The translations under genes and the position numbers were made by a program. This document shows positions 8,860 to 19,368 of a stretch of DNA of 64,000 nt, in pieces. Under the pieces are notes generated by a model, which saw only the letters and a program-made list of their open reading frames with translations, did no database searches and was not told where the DNA came from. This DNA comes from Candidatus Foliamicus sp. (GTDB lineage: Bacteria > Pseudomonadota > Gammaproteobacteria > Steroidobacterales > Foliamicaceae). The stretch is taken from assembly GCA_965249285.1 (NCBI GenBank), contig OZ252226.1, forward strand, positions 1,187,095-1,251,094. The letters run 5' to 3'. Position 1 is the stretch's first letter. Each line of letters starts with the position of its first letter.

Positions 8860-11421
8860 ATGAGCATTCATCTTCACAGATTTCCGGCCATTCTGTTGGC
8901 CTGCTTACCCTTTGCGGTCCAACCGCTCTTAGCCCAGGAACAGGATGCCCAGCAGGACGGTGACGAACAGGAAGAAGAGGCCCTGGTCGTACCTATTGAG
9001 GTAGAGGCCCCTGAGTTGCGCGTGCAGCAGGGGCGCAGCGAATACAACGCCGAGTTCATCGAGAACATGCCCACAGGACAGGGAGACTTGGCTGACTTGC
9101 TGCGGATGAATCCCGCGGTGGATTTTTCTCGCAGCTCCAATCTTGCCGTCGGCACAGCGACGCTCAGGCCTGCCGAAATCTCGATCCACGGCCAGTTGTA
9201 CTACCAGAATCTATTCCTGATCGATGGCGCGGACACGACCAGCGACATTGATCCTGCGGTTGCGGGCCGGCTCTTAAGCAGTAGTCACACAGGCGATGTC
9301 TACAGTATTCCCAGCCTGTTCGCACCGATAAATGGGAGTTCGCCGCAGGGCTACTACCTGGATGTCGAGTTGCTCGACAAAGTGGAGGTGTACGACAGCA
9401 ATATCCCGGTGGAATACGGTGGCTTTACAGGCGGCGTGGTTTCAGCCCAAGTCAAGTCATACCAGGGAGAAGATACGTTTTCCTGGCATTTCGGCATGCA
9501 GCGGGATGAGTGGGAAGAATTTCATGTCTCCGAAGACGACATCACCTCCAACGACCGGTTCAACGGCGTTTACACGCCCGATTACCAGAAAACCAACTTC
9601 GGATTCAGCATGCAACAGGGCCTTGGCGCGAATCTTGGGCTCACGCTGGGATTGACGCGGCGCCAATCCCGTTTTGCCCAAGAATATGGTGTGGGGCGCA
9701 CGGACATCGTGCGAATGGTCGAATACGAAGACCACATCGACAATCTGATGGGCCGCCTGGACACCAAGCTGGGCAATACCGATGCCGGTCTCTCCTTTCG
9801 TTACGCAACCCGCCGGCACGATGGCATAACAGGGACAAACTACACTGGTGCCTTCAAGAAGGATCACCAGGGCTACGGTTTCACCGTGGACCTGGGCAGG
9901 CCCGTCACCACAGGAATATTGGACCTGATACTCAGTCTTGATCGAACTTCCGATTCACTCGACAGCGAAACAAGTTTCTTTTCCGCCCACGAAGCCTTTG
10001 AGCGCACTGAACTTCAGTATGAGGGCGCCTTCGGGGACATGGAGCAACAACAAACCCGCATCGCTCTCAAGCCAAAATGGAGCCTTGATCCCATCAATCT
10101 CGGTGGTCGTGAACATACCGTCACAATTGGCGGTGAGTATCGCAACACACGCAGCTACTATGAGCGCCCCGAAGATATTGAATTTGAACGCTACGACTGC
10201 ATCAGAGACCTTAGGCCAGGCGATGGTTGTGTGGACCAGGACGGAAGTGGGGACAGCAATACAGGGGATGAAAGGTACGGCGCGCTTCAGTTCTTTTACG
10301 CGGGCAAGGTTGATCTGACTTACAACGAACTTTCGATCTACGCTCAAGACAATATCGACCTCGACAGCTGGCAGGTCAATCTGGGACTGCGCGGGGATTG
10401 GGGTAGTTTCCTGGAAAACTTTGACGTCTCACCGCGCGTCAGCGTGGCGTGGTCGCCCTTTGAAGACGGCAGCGGAGAACTTACCGCGGGCGCCAGCCGC
10501 TACTACGGCAGGAGCTTCTTTCGCTACCAATTGAACGAAGCGATTTGGGGCTGGCGGGAAATCTACTCGTACCTCATCCGATTTACAGGACGGCCAGGCC
10601 AGGAGATGCCTTGCTCCAGACCTGAGTTTCCGCAATGCACGCACCGTACGTATGACAATCGCAGTGGCCTTTTGGAATTGGACACACCTTATTCCGATGA
10701 GATCTCGCTAGGCTGGCGCCAAAGGATTGGCGCCTTCGAGGGTAAATTGCAGTTGCTGACCCGCGAGAGCCGCAAGAGCGTATCCCGGCGGCGCGAGGAT
10801 GACGGGCTTTACTACTACAACAACGACGGCCGTAGTTCCACGCAGAGCGCCACTTTGGAATTGACCAACAGCACACCGCTGGTCCTCGGTCCGACGGAAA
10901 CACGTTTTACGATGGGTCTGGGCTATCGCGATTCCGAAAGTAATGTCTACGACAACGATAGCTACGATGAAACGCTGGAGATCGACCTGATTTATTACAA
11001 GGATCGATTGATTCCTCCTGAAGAACTTCCTGCGTGGGACTACAACGTCCCGCTAAGCGTTCGCTTGAATTCCGTCACAGCGATTCCTGGATGGGGACTC
11101 ACCTGGTCAAATTTCTACATCATTCGTCGTGGTGGAACCGTTGCCGTGGATTTTGGCGAAGATTACGAGAGTCCGGACACCGGCGTGCGATATGACGTCT
11201 ATGAAGATCACGAGTTCGGCAGCTTGTTTACAATCAACTCGCGCATTCAATGGAGCCGTCCGTTGACCAATGGATCAGAAGTCTACGCCCGTTTCGAGAT
11301 TCAAAATTTGCTCGACCGAGTAACAGATACACAAACCCGTCCGTTTGCCGTAAGGCGAATGAGCCGGTTAAACACCCAGGGACGGCGCTTCTGGGTGGAA
11401 GTGGGAATGCGCTACTTCTAG
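8860..11421 (+). CDS. TonB-dependent outer membrane receptor
   Basis: 853 aa, signal peptide, plug region (YLDVELLDKVEVYDSNIPVEYGGFTGGVV), C-terminal GRRFWVEVGMRYF. Confidence 0.9.
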   Translation: MSIHLHRFPAILLACLPFAVQPLLAQEQDAQQDGDEQEEEALVVPIEVEAPELRVQQGRSEYNAEFIENMPTGQGDLADLLRMNPAVDFSRSSNLAVGTATLRPAEISIHGQLYYQNLFLIDGADTTSDIDPAVAGRLLSSSHTGDVYSIPSLFAPINGSSPQGYYLDVELLDKVEVYDSNIPVEYGGFTGGVVSAQVKSYQGEDTFSWHFGMQRDEWEEFHVSEDDITSNDRFNGVYTPDYQKTNFGFSMQQGLGANLGLTLGLTRRQSRFAQEYGVGRTDIVRMVEYEDHIDNLMGRLDTKLGNTDAGLSFRYATRRHDGITGTNYTGAFKKDHQGYGFTVDLGRPVTTGILDLILSLDRTSDSLDSETSFFSAHEAFERTELQYEGAFGDMEQQQTRIALKPKWSLDPINLGGREHTVTIGGEYRNTRSYYERPEDIEFERYDCIRDLRPGDGCVDQDGSGDSNTGDERYGALQFFYAGKVDLTYNELSIYAQDNIDLDSWQVNLGLRGDWGSFLENFDVSPRVSVAWSPFEDGSGELTAGASRYYGRSFFRYQLNEAIWGWREIYSYLIRFTGRPGQEMPCSRPEFPQCTHRTYDNRSGLLELDTPYSDEISLGWRQRIGAFEGKLQLLTRESRKSVSRRREDDGLYYYNNDGRSSTQSATLELTNSTPLVLGPTETRFTMGLGYRDSESNVYDNDSYDETLEIDLIYYKDRLIPPEELPAWDYNVPLSVRLNSVTAIPGWGLTWSNFYIIRRGGTVAVDFGEDYESPDTGVRYDVYEDHEFGSLFTINSRIQWSRPLTNGSEVYARFEIQNLLDRVTDTQTRPFAVRRMSRLNTQGRRFWVEVGMRYF

Positions 11422-11453
11422 CCTGCACGCCGGCGTAGACGTGATGGAACAAC

Positions 11454-11508
11454 CCTGGGAACGAGGGCGTCCCGCCCTCGACGAGGGCGGGACGCCCTCG
11501 TTCCCAGG
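11454..11508. repeat. REP-like perfect 27-bp hairpin doublet
   Basis: cctgggaacgagggcgtcccgccctcg-a-cgagggcgggacgccctcgttcccagg, 6 bp before the exbB start. Confidence 0.85.
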
Positions 11509-11514
11509 CACGCA

Positions 11515-12204
11515 ATGAACGGTTCCGATAGCCTCCTGGCGCGCATCGCGGCATTCCTGGATACAGGGGGACCGGTGGTGTGGTTGTTGCTGGCTATTTC
11601 CATCGGCGCGCTCAGCGTGGTGGTGCTGAAACTCTGGCACTTCTTCCGCTTGCGTCCCGAGCATAACGAAGAGCTGCCGCAGGCACTTTCGGCCTGGCGG
11701 CAGGGACAACACGACCAGGCATGGCAGATGCTCAAGACCGAGCGTTTCAGTTCGGACATCGTTGCGCTGGCGATGCGCGAGTTGGCGAGGGGAGATACTG
11801 ACCAGGCAACGCTAAGGGAGGAACTGGAGCGCGTGGCGCTGGCTAAACTGAAGGACTTGCGCTCCCATCTTCCGGCACTGGAGGTCATCGGCACGCTCAC
11901 CCCACTCCTTGGGCTGTTGGGCACCGTCCTGGGCATGATCACCGCCTTCCGGGGCATGGAAGCGGCCGGCAGCCAGGTTGATCCATCGGTATTGTCCGGC
12001 GGCATCTGGCAGGCATTACTGACCACGGCCATGGGCCTGTCCATTGCGATTCCGGTGATGGCCGCCTACAACTGGATGGACCGCAAGGCCCAACGTGTCT
12101 CCGAACAGATCAACGACGCCGTAACCCAGGTATTCACGCGCTACAACAGCAAGGGCGCAAGAGAAAAAGCAGGCCCTTCCACCTCTGTTCCAGATGCGGC
12201 TTGA
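11515..12204 (+). CDS. exbB: MotA/TolQ/ExbB proton channel protein
   Basis: PLLGLLGTVLGMI and ALLTTAMGLSIAIP transmembrane motifs. Confidence 0.9.
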   Translation: MNGSDSLLARIAAFLDTGGPVVWLLLAISIGALSVVVLKLWHFFRLRPEHNEELPQALSAWRQGQHDQAWQMLKTERFSSDIVALAMRELARGDTDQATLREELERVALAKLKDLRSHLPALEVIGTLTPLLGLLGTVLGMITAFRGMEAAGSQVDPSVLSGGIWQALLTTAMGLSIAIPVMAAYNWMDRKAQRVSEQINDAVTQVFTRYNSKGAREKAGPSTSVPDAA

Positions 12205-12592
12205 CCAACTGATTCGGCGGCGGCGGCGCGCCATCAGCATGGTCCCGCTGATCGATGTCGTCTTCATCCTGTTGCTGTTCTTCATGCTGTCCACCAGCCT
12301 GATTCGAGCCCGGGAGCTCCCGGTGGACTTTCCAACGCCTGATGCCGAACCTTCGGCCCAGGCGCTGAAGATTATCCGCCTGGAATCCGAAGACGGATTG
12401 ATTTCGTACCAAGGACTTCGCTACGCCTCTGGGGATTCCGAAGCGCTGCGTGAACTGATTGCTGACGATCGCCAGGCCGCTTACGCCCTTGACACGGCCC
12501 CGGGCGTCAGCACCCAGGCGCTGGTTACGCTGCTGGACCGCCTGACACTGGCCGGAGCGCAAAACCTGTCGCTTGCGGAGGCAACGCAATGA
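12194..12592 (+). CDS. exbD: Biopolymer transport protein ExbD (copy 1)
   Basis: SMVPLIDVVFILLLFFML motif. Confidence 0.9.
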   Translation: MRLDQLIRRRRRAISMVPLIDVVFILLLFFMLSTSLIRARELPVDFPTPDAEPSAQALKIIRLESEDGLISYQGLRYASGDSEALRELIADDRQAAYALDTAPGVSTQALVTLLDRLTLAGAQNLSLAEATQ

Positions 12593-13017
12593 ACCTCTAC
12601 AGGCGGCGCGAACCACCATCCCAGGACAACAGCATGATCCCACTGATCAACGTGGTCTTCCTGATGCTGGCGTTCTTCATGATGGCAGGGCAGATCCAAC
12701 GCTCGGATGCGGTCCGCATGGACCCACCGGAATCCTTGAGCCGCGCGGCACAGGGTGAATATACGGCCACCTTGCTGATTACCGCCCGCCAGTCCCTTTT
12801 CCTGAACGATACGCCGTTGCGTCGCGAACAGCTTACCGGCGAGATTCGCCGCCTGTTGGAGACAGCCGCAGACCCGCAAGGCGTTCGTGTGCTGGTCAAG
12901 GCCGACGCCTCGCTGCCGGCTACCGAACTGCGGCTGGTTCTTGCCCGTCTGCGCGCCGCCGGCCTCCTGCGGGTATCGCTGGCAACCGAGTCAATAGCAG
13001 ACGCATCCGCTGGATAG
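12589..13017 (+). CDS. exbD: Biopolymer transport protein ExbD (copy 2)
   Basis: MIPLINVVFLMLAFFM, LVKADA. Confidence 0.88.
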   Translation: MNLYRRREPPSQDNSMIPLINVVFLMLAFFMMAGQIQRSDAVRMDPPESLSRAAQGEYTATLLITARQSLFLNDTPLRREQLTGEIRRLLETAADPQGVRVLVKADASLPATELRLVLARLRAAGLLRVSLATESIADASAG

Positions 13018-13022
13018 CGCAG

Positions 13023-13799
13023 GTGCGCACCGAAACAAAGCTGTTGCAGTGGAGTGCTGCCATCTGCACGGCGGTGGCAATCCATTTTCTATTGGTAGTG
13101 GGCATGGCCGGGCTCAATCGTTACGGCGCTGCCGGAGAAGGCCAGGGAGGAATCGAAATCGGCCTTGGTCTGCTGGGAGACATGGGTGAATCGACGGAGA
13201 TCTCGGACGCGAGCGATATAGTCGAGCAGCCACCCGAACAGGCCCCGGAGCCACCACCGCCAGAGCCCCCAGAACCGCAACCCGAACCGCCTCCGCCGGA
13301 GCCGGAACCGGCTCAACAGGTAACCGAGGTGGCGGTGCAGACCGAGACCATTGAACAAACGCCGGAGCCGCCCGAAAGCGAGCCCGCAGCCGAGCTACGC
13401 GAAACGGCGCCTTCGGAAGGAGGCAGTAGCGGAGAGGACGCCGTTACGCAAAGGCGCCGGTCCTCCGGATCGGGAGATTCGCCACGCGCGGGGGGTTCCC
13501 CCGGCCGTCAGGCAGCATACAGTGCGACCCTGGCCGCACAGCTGAACCGCTACAAGCACTACCCCATGGCTGCCCGCCGCGCCCGCCAGGAAGGCACTGC
13601 CACTCTCTCGCTGCTTATCCGGCGAGACGGCAGCGTTGCCGACTTCAGTATCAGCAAAAGTTCGGGCGTGGAAGCGCTGGATGCCGCGGTCTTGCGAATG
13701 CTGGAACGCGCGCAACCCTTGCCGGCTTTCCCGGCATCAATGACGGAAGACGAATTGCGTGTCGACTTCCCCGTTTCATTTTCGCTGAGTGCTCTATAA
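13023..13799 (+). CDS. tonB: Energy transducer TonB
   Basis: N-terminal TM anchor, Pro/Glu-rich linker, YPMAARRARQEG C-terminal domain. Confidence 0.9.
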   Translation: MRTETKLLQWSAAICTAVAIHFLLVVGMAGLNRYGAAGEGQGGIEIGLGLLGDMGESTEISDASDIVEQPPEQAPEPPPPEPPEPQPEPPPPEPEPAQQVTEVAVQTETIEQTPEPPESEPAAELRETAPSEGGSSGEDAVTQRRRSSGSGDSPRAGGSPGRQAAYSATLAAQLNRYKHYPMAARRARQEGTATLSLLIRRDGSVADFSISKSSGVEALDAAVLRMLERAQPLPAFPASMTEDELRVDFPVSFSLSAL

Positions 13800-13859
13800 A
13801 GGGGAAGCCAACGCCGGAATGTTTCCGGCACAATGTAATTATCAGCAGGAGAAAGTCCT

Positions 13860-15485
13860 ATGAACGCAAGAATCCTGGCTATCGCCACTGTCCTCCTGGC
13901 GACAGCTTCCTTCAACCCGCCGGTCGTGGCAGCGCTGGAGTCCCGAATCGACGCGGTGACCGTCTACCCCCGCGGCGCCGAAGTCACCCGCGTAGCCCGC
14001 ATAACTCTTACGCCCGGTTCCAACACCGTAGTCCTCGACGGTTTTCCGGGCGATATTGGCTTGAGCCGTATTCAGGCAATGGTCAAAGAAGACTCGGTGG
14101 AAGTGCGCTCCATCCGGCTGGATATGCAGGAACAGCGCGAAGCCTACGATGCCGAAGTCCAGCGCCTGGAAGAAGCCATTACCCAAACAAAGGACGCAAT
14201 CGCCGCAATCGACGATGAGATCGCCGCGGCGGAATTGCAGTTGAAGTTCCTTGAGGGACTGGCGCAGGGCTACGCCGCCAACGAACGCAGTGAAGCGGCA
14301 ACCGGCCAGGCGGATATTGCCTCCTGGCAGCAGGCCCTGGACTCGATCGGCAAAGGCGCCAGCGGAGCCATGCAAAGGAAGCGCGACGCACGCAAGTCCC
14401 GGCGTGAAGTGCAAAAGGACCTCTCGGTACTGGAGCGGGAACTGGAGAACAAGCTTGATCGGCGCGCAGATTCAGTCCGATTGTTGGTTTCGCTGGCGTC
14501 CCCATCAGCGCTTGAGACCAACCTGCGCGTTACCTACTTTCAGCGACAAGCGAGATGGCACTCCACCTATGCCGCGTACCTGGATACCGCCTCCTCCGAA
14601 CTACGCCTCACCCACGAAGCGCAAGTCAGCCAGACAACCAGCGAAGACTGGCAGGACGTGGAACTCACGCTGTCCACCGGTAATCCCGGCGGCGCGATGC
14701 AGGCGCCCGAGCAGGACAGCGAATTTCTGGATTTGCGGGACCCCCGCTCCGCGGAAAGCGCAGCGGCCCGTGGGCGTGAGTATGAGTTCCGGCAGTCGCT
14801 GGCCTTGCAAGAAAATGTTGTCATGGCAGCCAGCGTGCGTCCGAACCGATACGCGGTGATCTACCAGGCGTCCGAGCGAGCCGACGTTGCCAACGAAGCG
14901 GATCAGGAGCAGTCCGTTCCGCTTACCAAATATCGTTTCACCGTTGCGCTTGTAACTCGCACAACACCCCGTAAGAACGCTCGCGCCTATCTCACCGCGC
15001 GGTTCACGCAGGACAGCGAAACTCCCTTGTTCAGCGGGCCAATGCGAGTATTCGTGGACGGAGCCTACGGCGGTCTTGCGGGACTCCCGGAGCTGCTTCC
15101 GGGAGCCGACGCCGTGCTGCCCATGGGCCCGGATCGCCAGGTCGAGGTGCTCGTTGTCGATAAGGGTGGAGAAAAAGGCAGCGAGGGATTCTTCGCTTCG
15201 CGCAATGCAGAGTTGACCGATTTCCTGTTTGAAATCGTCAATCGCCATTCCCGGACGACGTCAGTGGAAGTAATCGACTACTACCCAGTGCCGCGTGACG
15301 AGCGCATAGAAGTTTCCGTCCCGCGCAGCGCCTCGGCGCCGGATGAAAAGGACCTGGATGAGCGTCCCGGAGTGCTTGCCTGGCGTAAGGAACTCACGCC
15401 CGGCGAACGCTGGCGAATAGTCCACCAGTATGAAGTGAGTTACCCGGAGGACACTACGCTGGCTGGACCGCGTTATGAGTTCTAG
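13860..15485 (+). CDS. DUF4139/DUF4140 (MuiA-like) periplasmic protein
   Basis: SRIDAVTVYPRGAEVTR N-terminus, coiled coil, QTTSEDWQDVELTLST, C-terminal YEVSYP. Confidence 0.85.
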   Translation: MNARILAIATVLLATASFNPPVVAALESRIDAVTVYPRGAEVTRVARITLTPGSNTVVLDGFPGDIGLSRIQAMVKEDSVEVRSIRLDMQEQREAYDAEVQRLEEAITQTKDAIAAIDDEIAAAELQLKFLEGLAQGYAANERSEAATGQADIASWQQALDSIGKGASGAMQRKRDARKSRREVQKDLSVLERELENKLDRRADSVRLLVSLASPSALETNLRVTYFQRQARWHSTYAAYLDTASSELRLTHEAQVSQTTSEDWQDVELTLSTGNPGGAMQAPEQDSEFLDLRDPRSAESAAARGREYEFRQSLALQENVVMAASVRPNRYAVIYQASERADVANEADQEQSVPLTKYRFTVALVTRTTPRKNARAYLTARFTQDSETPLFSGPMRVFVDGAYGGLAGLPELLPGADAVLPMGPDRQVEVLVVDKGGEKGSEGFFASRNAELTDFLFEIVNRHSRTTSVEVIDYYPVPRDERIEVSVPRSASAPDEKDLDERPGVLAWRKELTPGERWRIVHQYEVSYPEDTTLAGPRYEF

Positions 15486-15558
15486 CACCGGGCGCCGCTA
15501 CGCTGACACGCAGGGAACACCCTGGAAACGAGGGGTGTTCCATGCAAGCAAGCCAGAC

Positions 15559-16218
15559 CTACGCCCCTACGCGCGCACCGTAAGAGGTCTCGGCAAAGCC
15601 CACAAGGCCGCGTCCTTCCAGCGCCGTACCCTCGGTGTTGACTTCCTTGGTGGACAGTCGCCTCAAACGGCACTCTGGTCCAAGTAATTCGCGCAGTTGC
15701 GCCGCGCCGATGGAAAATGGTGGGCCATCCATGGTGTCCGGCGGATATTCGAGGCAATTGATCAGGCCCACCGCACGGAGTGGCAAAAGGCTCAACAGCT
15801 GCCGTGTGTATTTCTTCTGCATTGCCGGTGGCATCGCTACCAGTGCTGCCCGGTCGTAGAAAGCACTGACCGGGCCGACGTCTTCCGCGGTGGCGGAAAA
15901 GAAATCGCCTTGCAGAATGCAGTAGGGTCCGGCAGTCAGGCTACGCAGTGCCCCGACTCGCGAAATGCGCGGCTTGAGCTTCAGTCCGTCAAAGAATGCC
16001 TCGCAGGCGAGCGGACTGACCTCCACGCCAACTACCGCATGCCCCTGCTCCACCAGCCAGCACATATCCAGTGACCTGCCGCACAGCGGCACCAACACCG
16101 CCCCGCCCGCCGCCGCTTCGACCTTCGGCCACCAGGCCTGCAGCGCCTCGTTGATCGACTCCTGGTGAAAGCCGGTCTCGCCCAGCTCCCACTTGTTAAG
16201 CCAAAATCCTGCTTCCAT
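15559..16218 (-). CDS. tpm: Thiopurine S-methyltransferase
   Basis: FWLNKW..GFHQ, VLVPLCGRSLDM, YDRAALVAMP. Confidence 0.9.
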   Translation of the reverse strand: MEAGFWLNKWELGETGFHQESINEALQAWWPKVEAAAGGAVLVPLCGRSLDMCWLVEQGHAVVGVEVSPLACEAFFDGLKLKPRISRVGALRSLTAGPYCILQGDFFSATAEDVGPVSAFYDRAALVAMPPAMQKKYTRQLLSLLPLRAVGLINCLEYPPDTMDGPPFSIGAAQLRELLGPECRLRRLSTKEVNTEGTALEGRGLVGFAETSYGARVGA

Positions 16219-16247
16219 AACGTCCTGGAACCTCCTCACATCCCCCC

Positions 16248-16280
16248 CTGGGAACGAGGGCGTCCCGCCCTCGTTCCCAG
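16248..16280. repeat. REP-like hairpin
   Basis: ctgggaacgagggcgtcccgccctcgttcccag. Confidence 0.85.
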
Positions 16281-16306
16281 CGTACCATTCGAAACAATTT
16301 CAGGAA

Positions 16307-18304
16307 TCAATCCGGCAGACTGTAGGCCACAACCGAGTCGCCTTTCTTGTACGGATACACCCAGTTATGCCCGCCCGTAGCCACAACCACGAACTGCTTG
16401 CCGCCGTCCATGTAGGTCATGGGCGTGGCGTTGGCGGATGTGGGGCCTTCGAACTCCCATAGCAGCTCGCCGGTCTCCGTGTCATAGGCGCGGAACCGCT
16501 CGTCAGCCGTAGCGCCGATGAAGACCAGGCCGCCGCCCGTTGCGACCGGTCCGCCGGCAAACGGCGTGCCCCAGCGAAACGGAACGGGGATCGGCGCCAG
16601 CTTGTCAATCAGACCTAAAGGAACTTCCCACTTGATCGTTCCCTCCGCCATGTCCACCGCCACCAGTTTGGCCCACGGAGGCTTGGTGCACGGCATCATG
16701 AACGGAGAGACAAGCGGCCCTTGCTCCAGGCCGTAGTCCGTCCCCTTAATGAACCCGGGCGGCCCGATCGGCAGTCCGGATGTAGGAATGCGGGCTGCTT
16801 CCGGATCGATGTCTTCGTTGGGTATCAGTCGGACCCGGTAGGGAGTCTGGCCTACGGGGGTCACCAGGATATTCCCGTCGGGATCGAAGGCGCCCCCGCC
16901 CCAGTTCATGCCGCCGCCAACGTTCGGCATCATCAGGGTAGTGGTCGTGCTGGGTGGCGTGTAGATTGGACCGTGTCGCATCGATTCGATCATTTCGCGG
17001 CACTTGTTCTTGTCGTACAGGGTGATGCCCCAGGCGTCCTCCGGCGAGATTCCCTGCCTGACCAGCGGCGGTGGCTTCACCGGAAACGGCTGCGTCGGCG
17101 ATACCTCGTCATCCGGCATTCCGTCGGTGGGCACGGGCTGTTCCTCAATCTCGAAGAAAGGCTCGCCGGTATAGCGATGGAAGGTGAACACCATGCCCTG
17201 CTTGGTCAGTTGCATTACCACCGGCACCTGTTCCCCGTCGTGCGTGATCTCGGCCAGGATGGGGCTGGTGGGCAGGTCCCAGTCCCACAGGTCGTGATGC
17301 AGGACCTGGTAGTGCCAGACAAGTTCACCCGTTGCGGCGCGAAGCACGATCAGGGAGTTCGCATACAGGTTGTTGCCGGGCCTGTTGCCGCCATAGAAAT
17401 TGGGAGCAGGACTGGCCGTTGGAATGAACACCAGGTCGTGCGCGCTGTCCCAGGTCATGTTGATCCACGCGTTGGCGCCGCCGACGTGATAAGCCGTGCT
17501 CTCCGGGTCGTCCTGCGGTTCGCGCTTCAGCGTGTCGAAGGTCCACATGTGCTCGCCGGTGCGGGCACTGAAGGCGCGCACTGCGCCGTTCATGGAACTG
17601 GCGTCCTTGAACTTGTCCGCGGTGCCGCCGACGATGATCACGCCGTTGACGACCGCGACCGGAGAGTTCAGCTGCATCGTGAGGAGCTGATTGGTCGGCT
17701 GCAACTGCATGATGACCGGGGTCACGTCGACAAAGCCGTTCTCCCCGAAGCCCGCGCAGGACGCGCCATTGCGGGCATCGATTGCCGCCAGGCGCCGGTC
17801 GTTCGTGGCCAGCAGTATGCGGTGGGCACAAGCCGCTTCTTCCGGCGCTTCCGGATCGCGCCAGTAGGTCACACCGCGGCAATTGAAACGCCCGGCATAG
17901 GGCGTGAGGTCGATCTCAGGGTCAAACTCCCACCGCTCCTGCCCGGTAGCTGGATCCAGCGCAATGATCCGGTTGAACGGATCGCACAGCACCAGATGCC
18001 TTCCTGCCTCTTCAGGCAAGAGTATGGGCGTAACCTGGAAGCCCACCGTGCCGTACAGATGCGGCGCCCGTTCCAGGTGCCCGGTGTTGTAGGTCCAGGC
18101 AATCTCGAGATCGCCCACATTGGAGCGATTGATCTGATTCAGCGGAGAATAACGCGTGCCGCCCTCCTGGCCGGCATACGTAGGCCAGCCGGGATCCTCA
18201 ACGACAGGGTACTCCTCGACCGTACGTTCGCCCCGTTTCCCGCAAGCGTTGAGCGCAACAATCAGCAAGACCAGCGGTAGCCCGCTCCTGGTTATCTTGT
18301 GCAT
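16307..18304 (-). CDS. PQQ-dependent dehydrogenase, glucose/quinate/shikimate family (probable lipoprotein)
   Basis: LNAC lipobox, RYSPLNQINRSNV, CRGV, HDLWDWD, tryptophan-docking repeats, ATPMTY. Confidence 0.9.
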   Translation of the reverse strand: MHKITRSGLPLVLLIVALNACGKRGERTVEEYPVVEDPGWPTYAGQEGGTRYSPLNQINRSNVGDLEIAWTYNTGHLERAPHLYGTVGFQVTPILLPEEAGRHLVLCDPFNRIIALDPATGQERWEFDPEIDLTPYAGRFNCRGVTYWRDPEAPEEAACAHRILLATNDRRLAAIDARNGASCAGFGENGFVDVTPVIMQLQPTNQLLTMQLNSPVAVVNGVIIVGGTADKFKDASSMNGAVRAFSARTGEHMWTFDTLKREPQDDPESTAYHVGGANAWINMTWDSAHDLVFIPTASPAPNFYGGNRPGNNLYANSLIVLRAATGELVWHYQVLHHDLWDWDLPTSPILAEITHDGEQVPVVMQLTKQGMVFTFHRYTGEPFFEIEEQPVPTDGMPDDEVSPTQPFPVKPPPLVRQGISPEDAWGITLYDKNKCREMIESMRHGPIYTPPSTTTTLMMPNVGGGMNWGGGAFDPDGNILVTPVGQTPYRVRLIPNEDIDPEAARIPTSGLPIGPPGFIKGTDYGLEQGPLVSPFMMPCTKPPWAKLVAVDMAEGTIKWEVPLGLIDKLAPIPVPFRWGTPFAGGPVATGGGLVFIGATADERFRAYDTETGELLWEFEGPTSANATPMTYMDGGKQFVVVATGGHNWVYPYKKGDSVVAYSLPD

Positions 18305-18375
18305 GGTGAATCAGTGCCGATGGCTGAGCCGATTTCGGTCCCTAAGAGATAGCGTACACATTATTCTGGCGACAT

Positions 18376-18416
18376 CCCCTTGGGAACGAGGGCGGGACGC
18401 CCTCGTTCCCAAGGGG
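18376..18416. repeat. REP-like hairpin
   Basis: ccccttgggaacgagggcgggacgccctcgttcccaagggg. Confidence 0.85.
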
Positions 18417-18420
18417 CGGT

Positions 18421-19368
18421 TCAGCCGTGGGCCGCGAAGTGTTGGGCGAGCGCTTTGAAGCGGCGCCGCAACTCCTGTTCGCCTAAACGAGTCGGTAGCC
18501 TGTCGAAGCCATGTGGCGCGCCCGGGACTTTGTGCAGGTCAACCGGCACATTGCTCGCGCGCAGGCGGCTTGCGTAATCGAGAGATTCTTCGTAGAACAG
18601 GTCCTGATCACCGATGCACAGGTAAGTTGGTGGCAGGCCATCGAGTTGTTGCGCTCTCGCCGGCGATGCGAACGGGGAGACGCTTTGAGAGAAGTCGTTG
18701 GGACTCAAATAGACATCCCATGCGAAACGGTTGTGGTCCGGGCCCCACAGCCAAAAGTCAGCAGCAGCTTCTCGCGCGGCTGTTACGTTGCGGTGATCGA
18801 GCATCGGATAAATGAGGCATTGATACGTAATGGCGCCCGGCCGTTGGTCCCGGCACCGCAAGGCCAACCCGGCCGCCAGGCCACCGCCGGCGCTGGCGCC
18901 GCCGAGTGCGAGCGATTGCGTGTTTAAGGAAAGCGCGTCGGCATTCTCGAGAATCCAGTCCAACGCAGCATCGCAGTCGTCGAGAGCCGCCGGATAAGGG
19001 TGCTCGGGCGCCAACCGATAGTCGACCGCGACAATCAGACAGCCGAGCTCATCGGCCATGCGGCACAGAAGCAACTCGTCCATCTCAGGACAACCCAGAA
19101 TGTAGCCCCCGCCGTGGATCCACAATAGACACGGCCGCAATCCGGGCGCATCGGGGCTCGAATACAGTCGAAGTCGCAGGGTCTGATTGGGGGATGGTCC
19201 AGCAATTGTCTCGTCAGCAACACTGACATGATCGTATCCCTCAATCAGGGCCGCGGCCTCCAGAGACATCCGGTTCAATTCACGTCGCGTCTGCCTGAGA
19301 TTTTCTTTCGTCAAAGCCAGCTGTGGGAATTGATCGAGAAAAGGCAACAGTTCCGGGTTTATGCTCAC
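18421..19368 (-). CDS. Alpha/beta hydrolase (HSL-family esterase/lipase)
   Basis: HGGGY oxyanion motif, GASAGG nucleophile, HGF; GTG start at 19368 with AGGAGG RBS. Confidence 0.9.
   Translation of the reverse strand: MSINPELLPFLDQFPQLALTKENLRQTRRELNRMSLEAAALIEGYDHVSVADETIAGPSPNQTLRLRLYSSPDAPGLRPCLLWIHGGGYILGCPEMDELLLCRMADELGCLIVAVDYRLAPEHPYPAALDDCDAALDWILENADALSLNTQSLALGGASAGGGLAAGLALRCRDQRPGAITYQCLIYPMLDHRNVTAAREAAADFWLWGPDHNRFAWDVYLSPNDFSQSVSPFASPARAQQLDGLPPTYLCIGDQDLFYEESLDYASRLRASNVPVDLHKVPGAPHGFDRLPTRLGEQELRRRFKALAQHFAAHG

Noticed and set aside
7697-11421. Methanobactin-type cluster (MbnH plus MbnT)
   Set aside because: No precursor peptide, MbnB/C or MbnP-like gene is visible.
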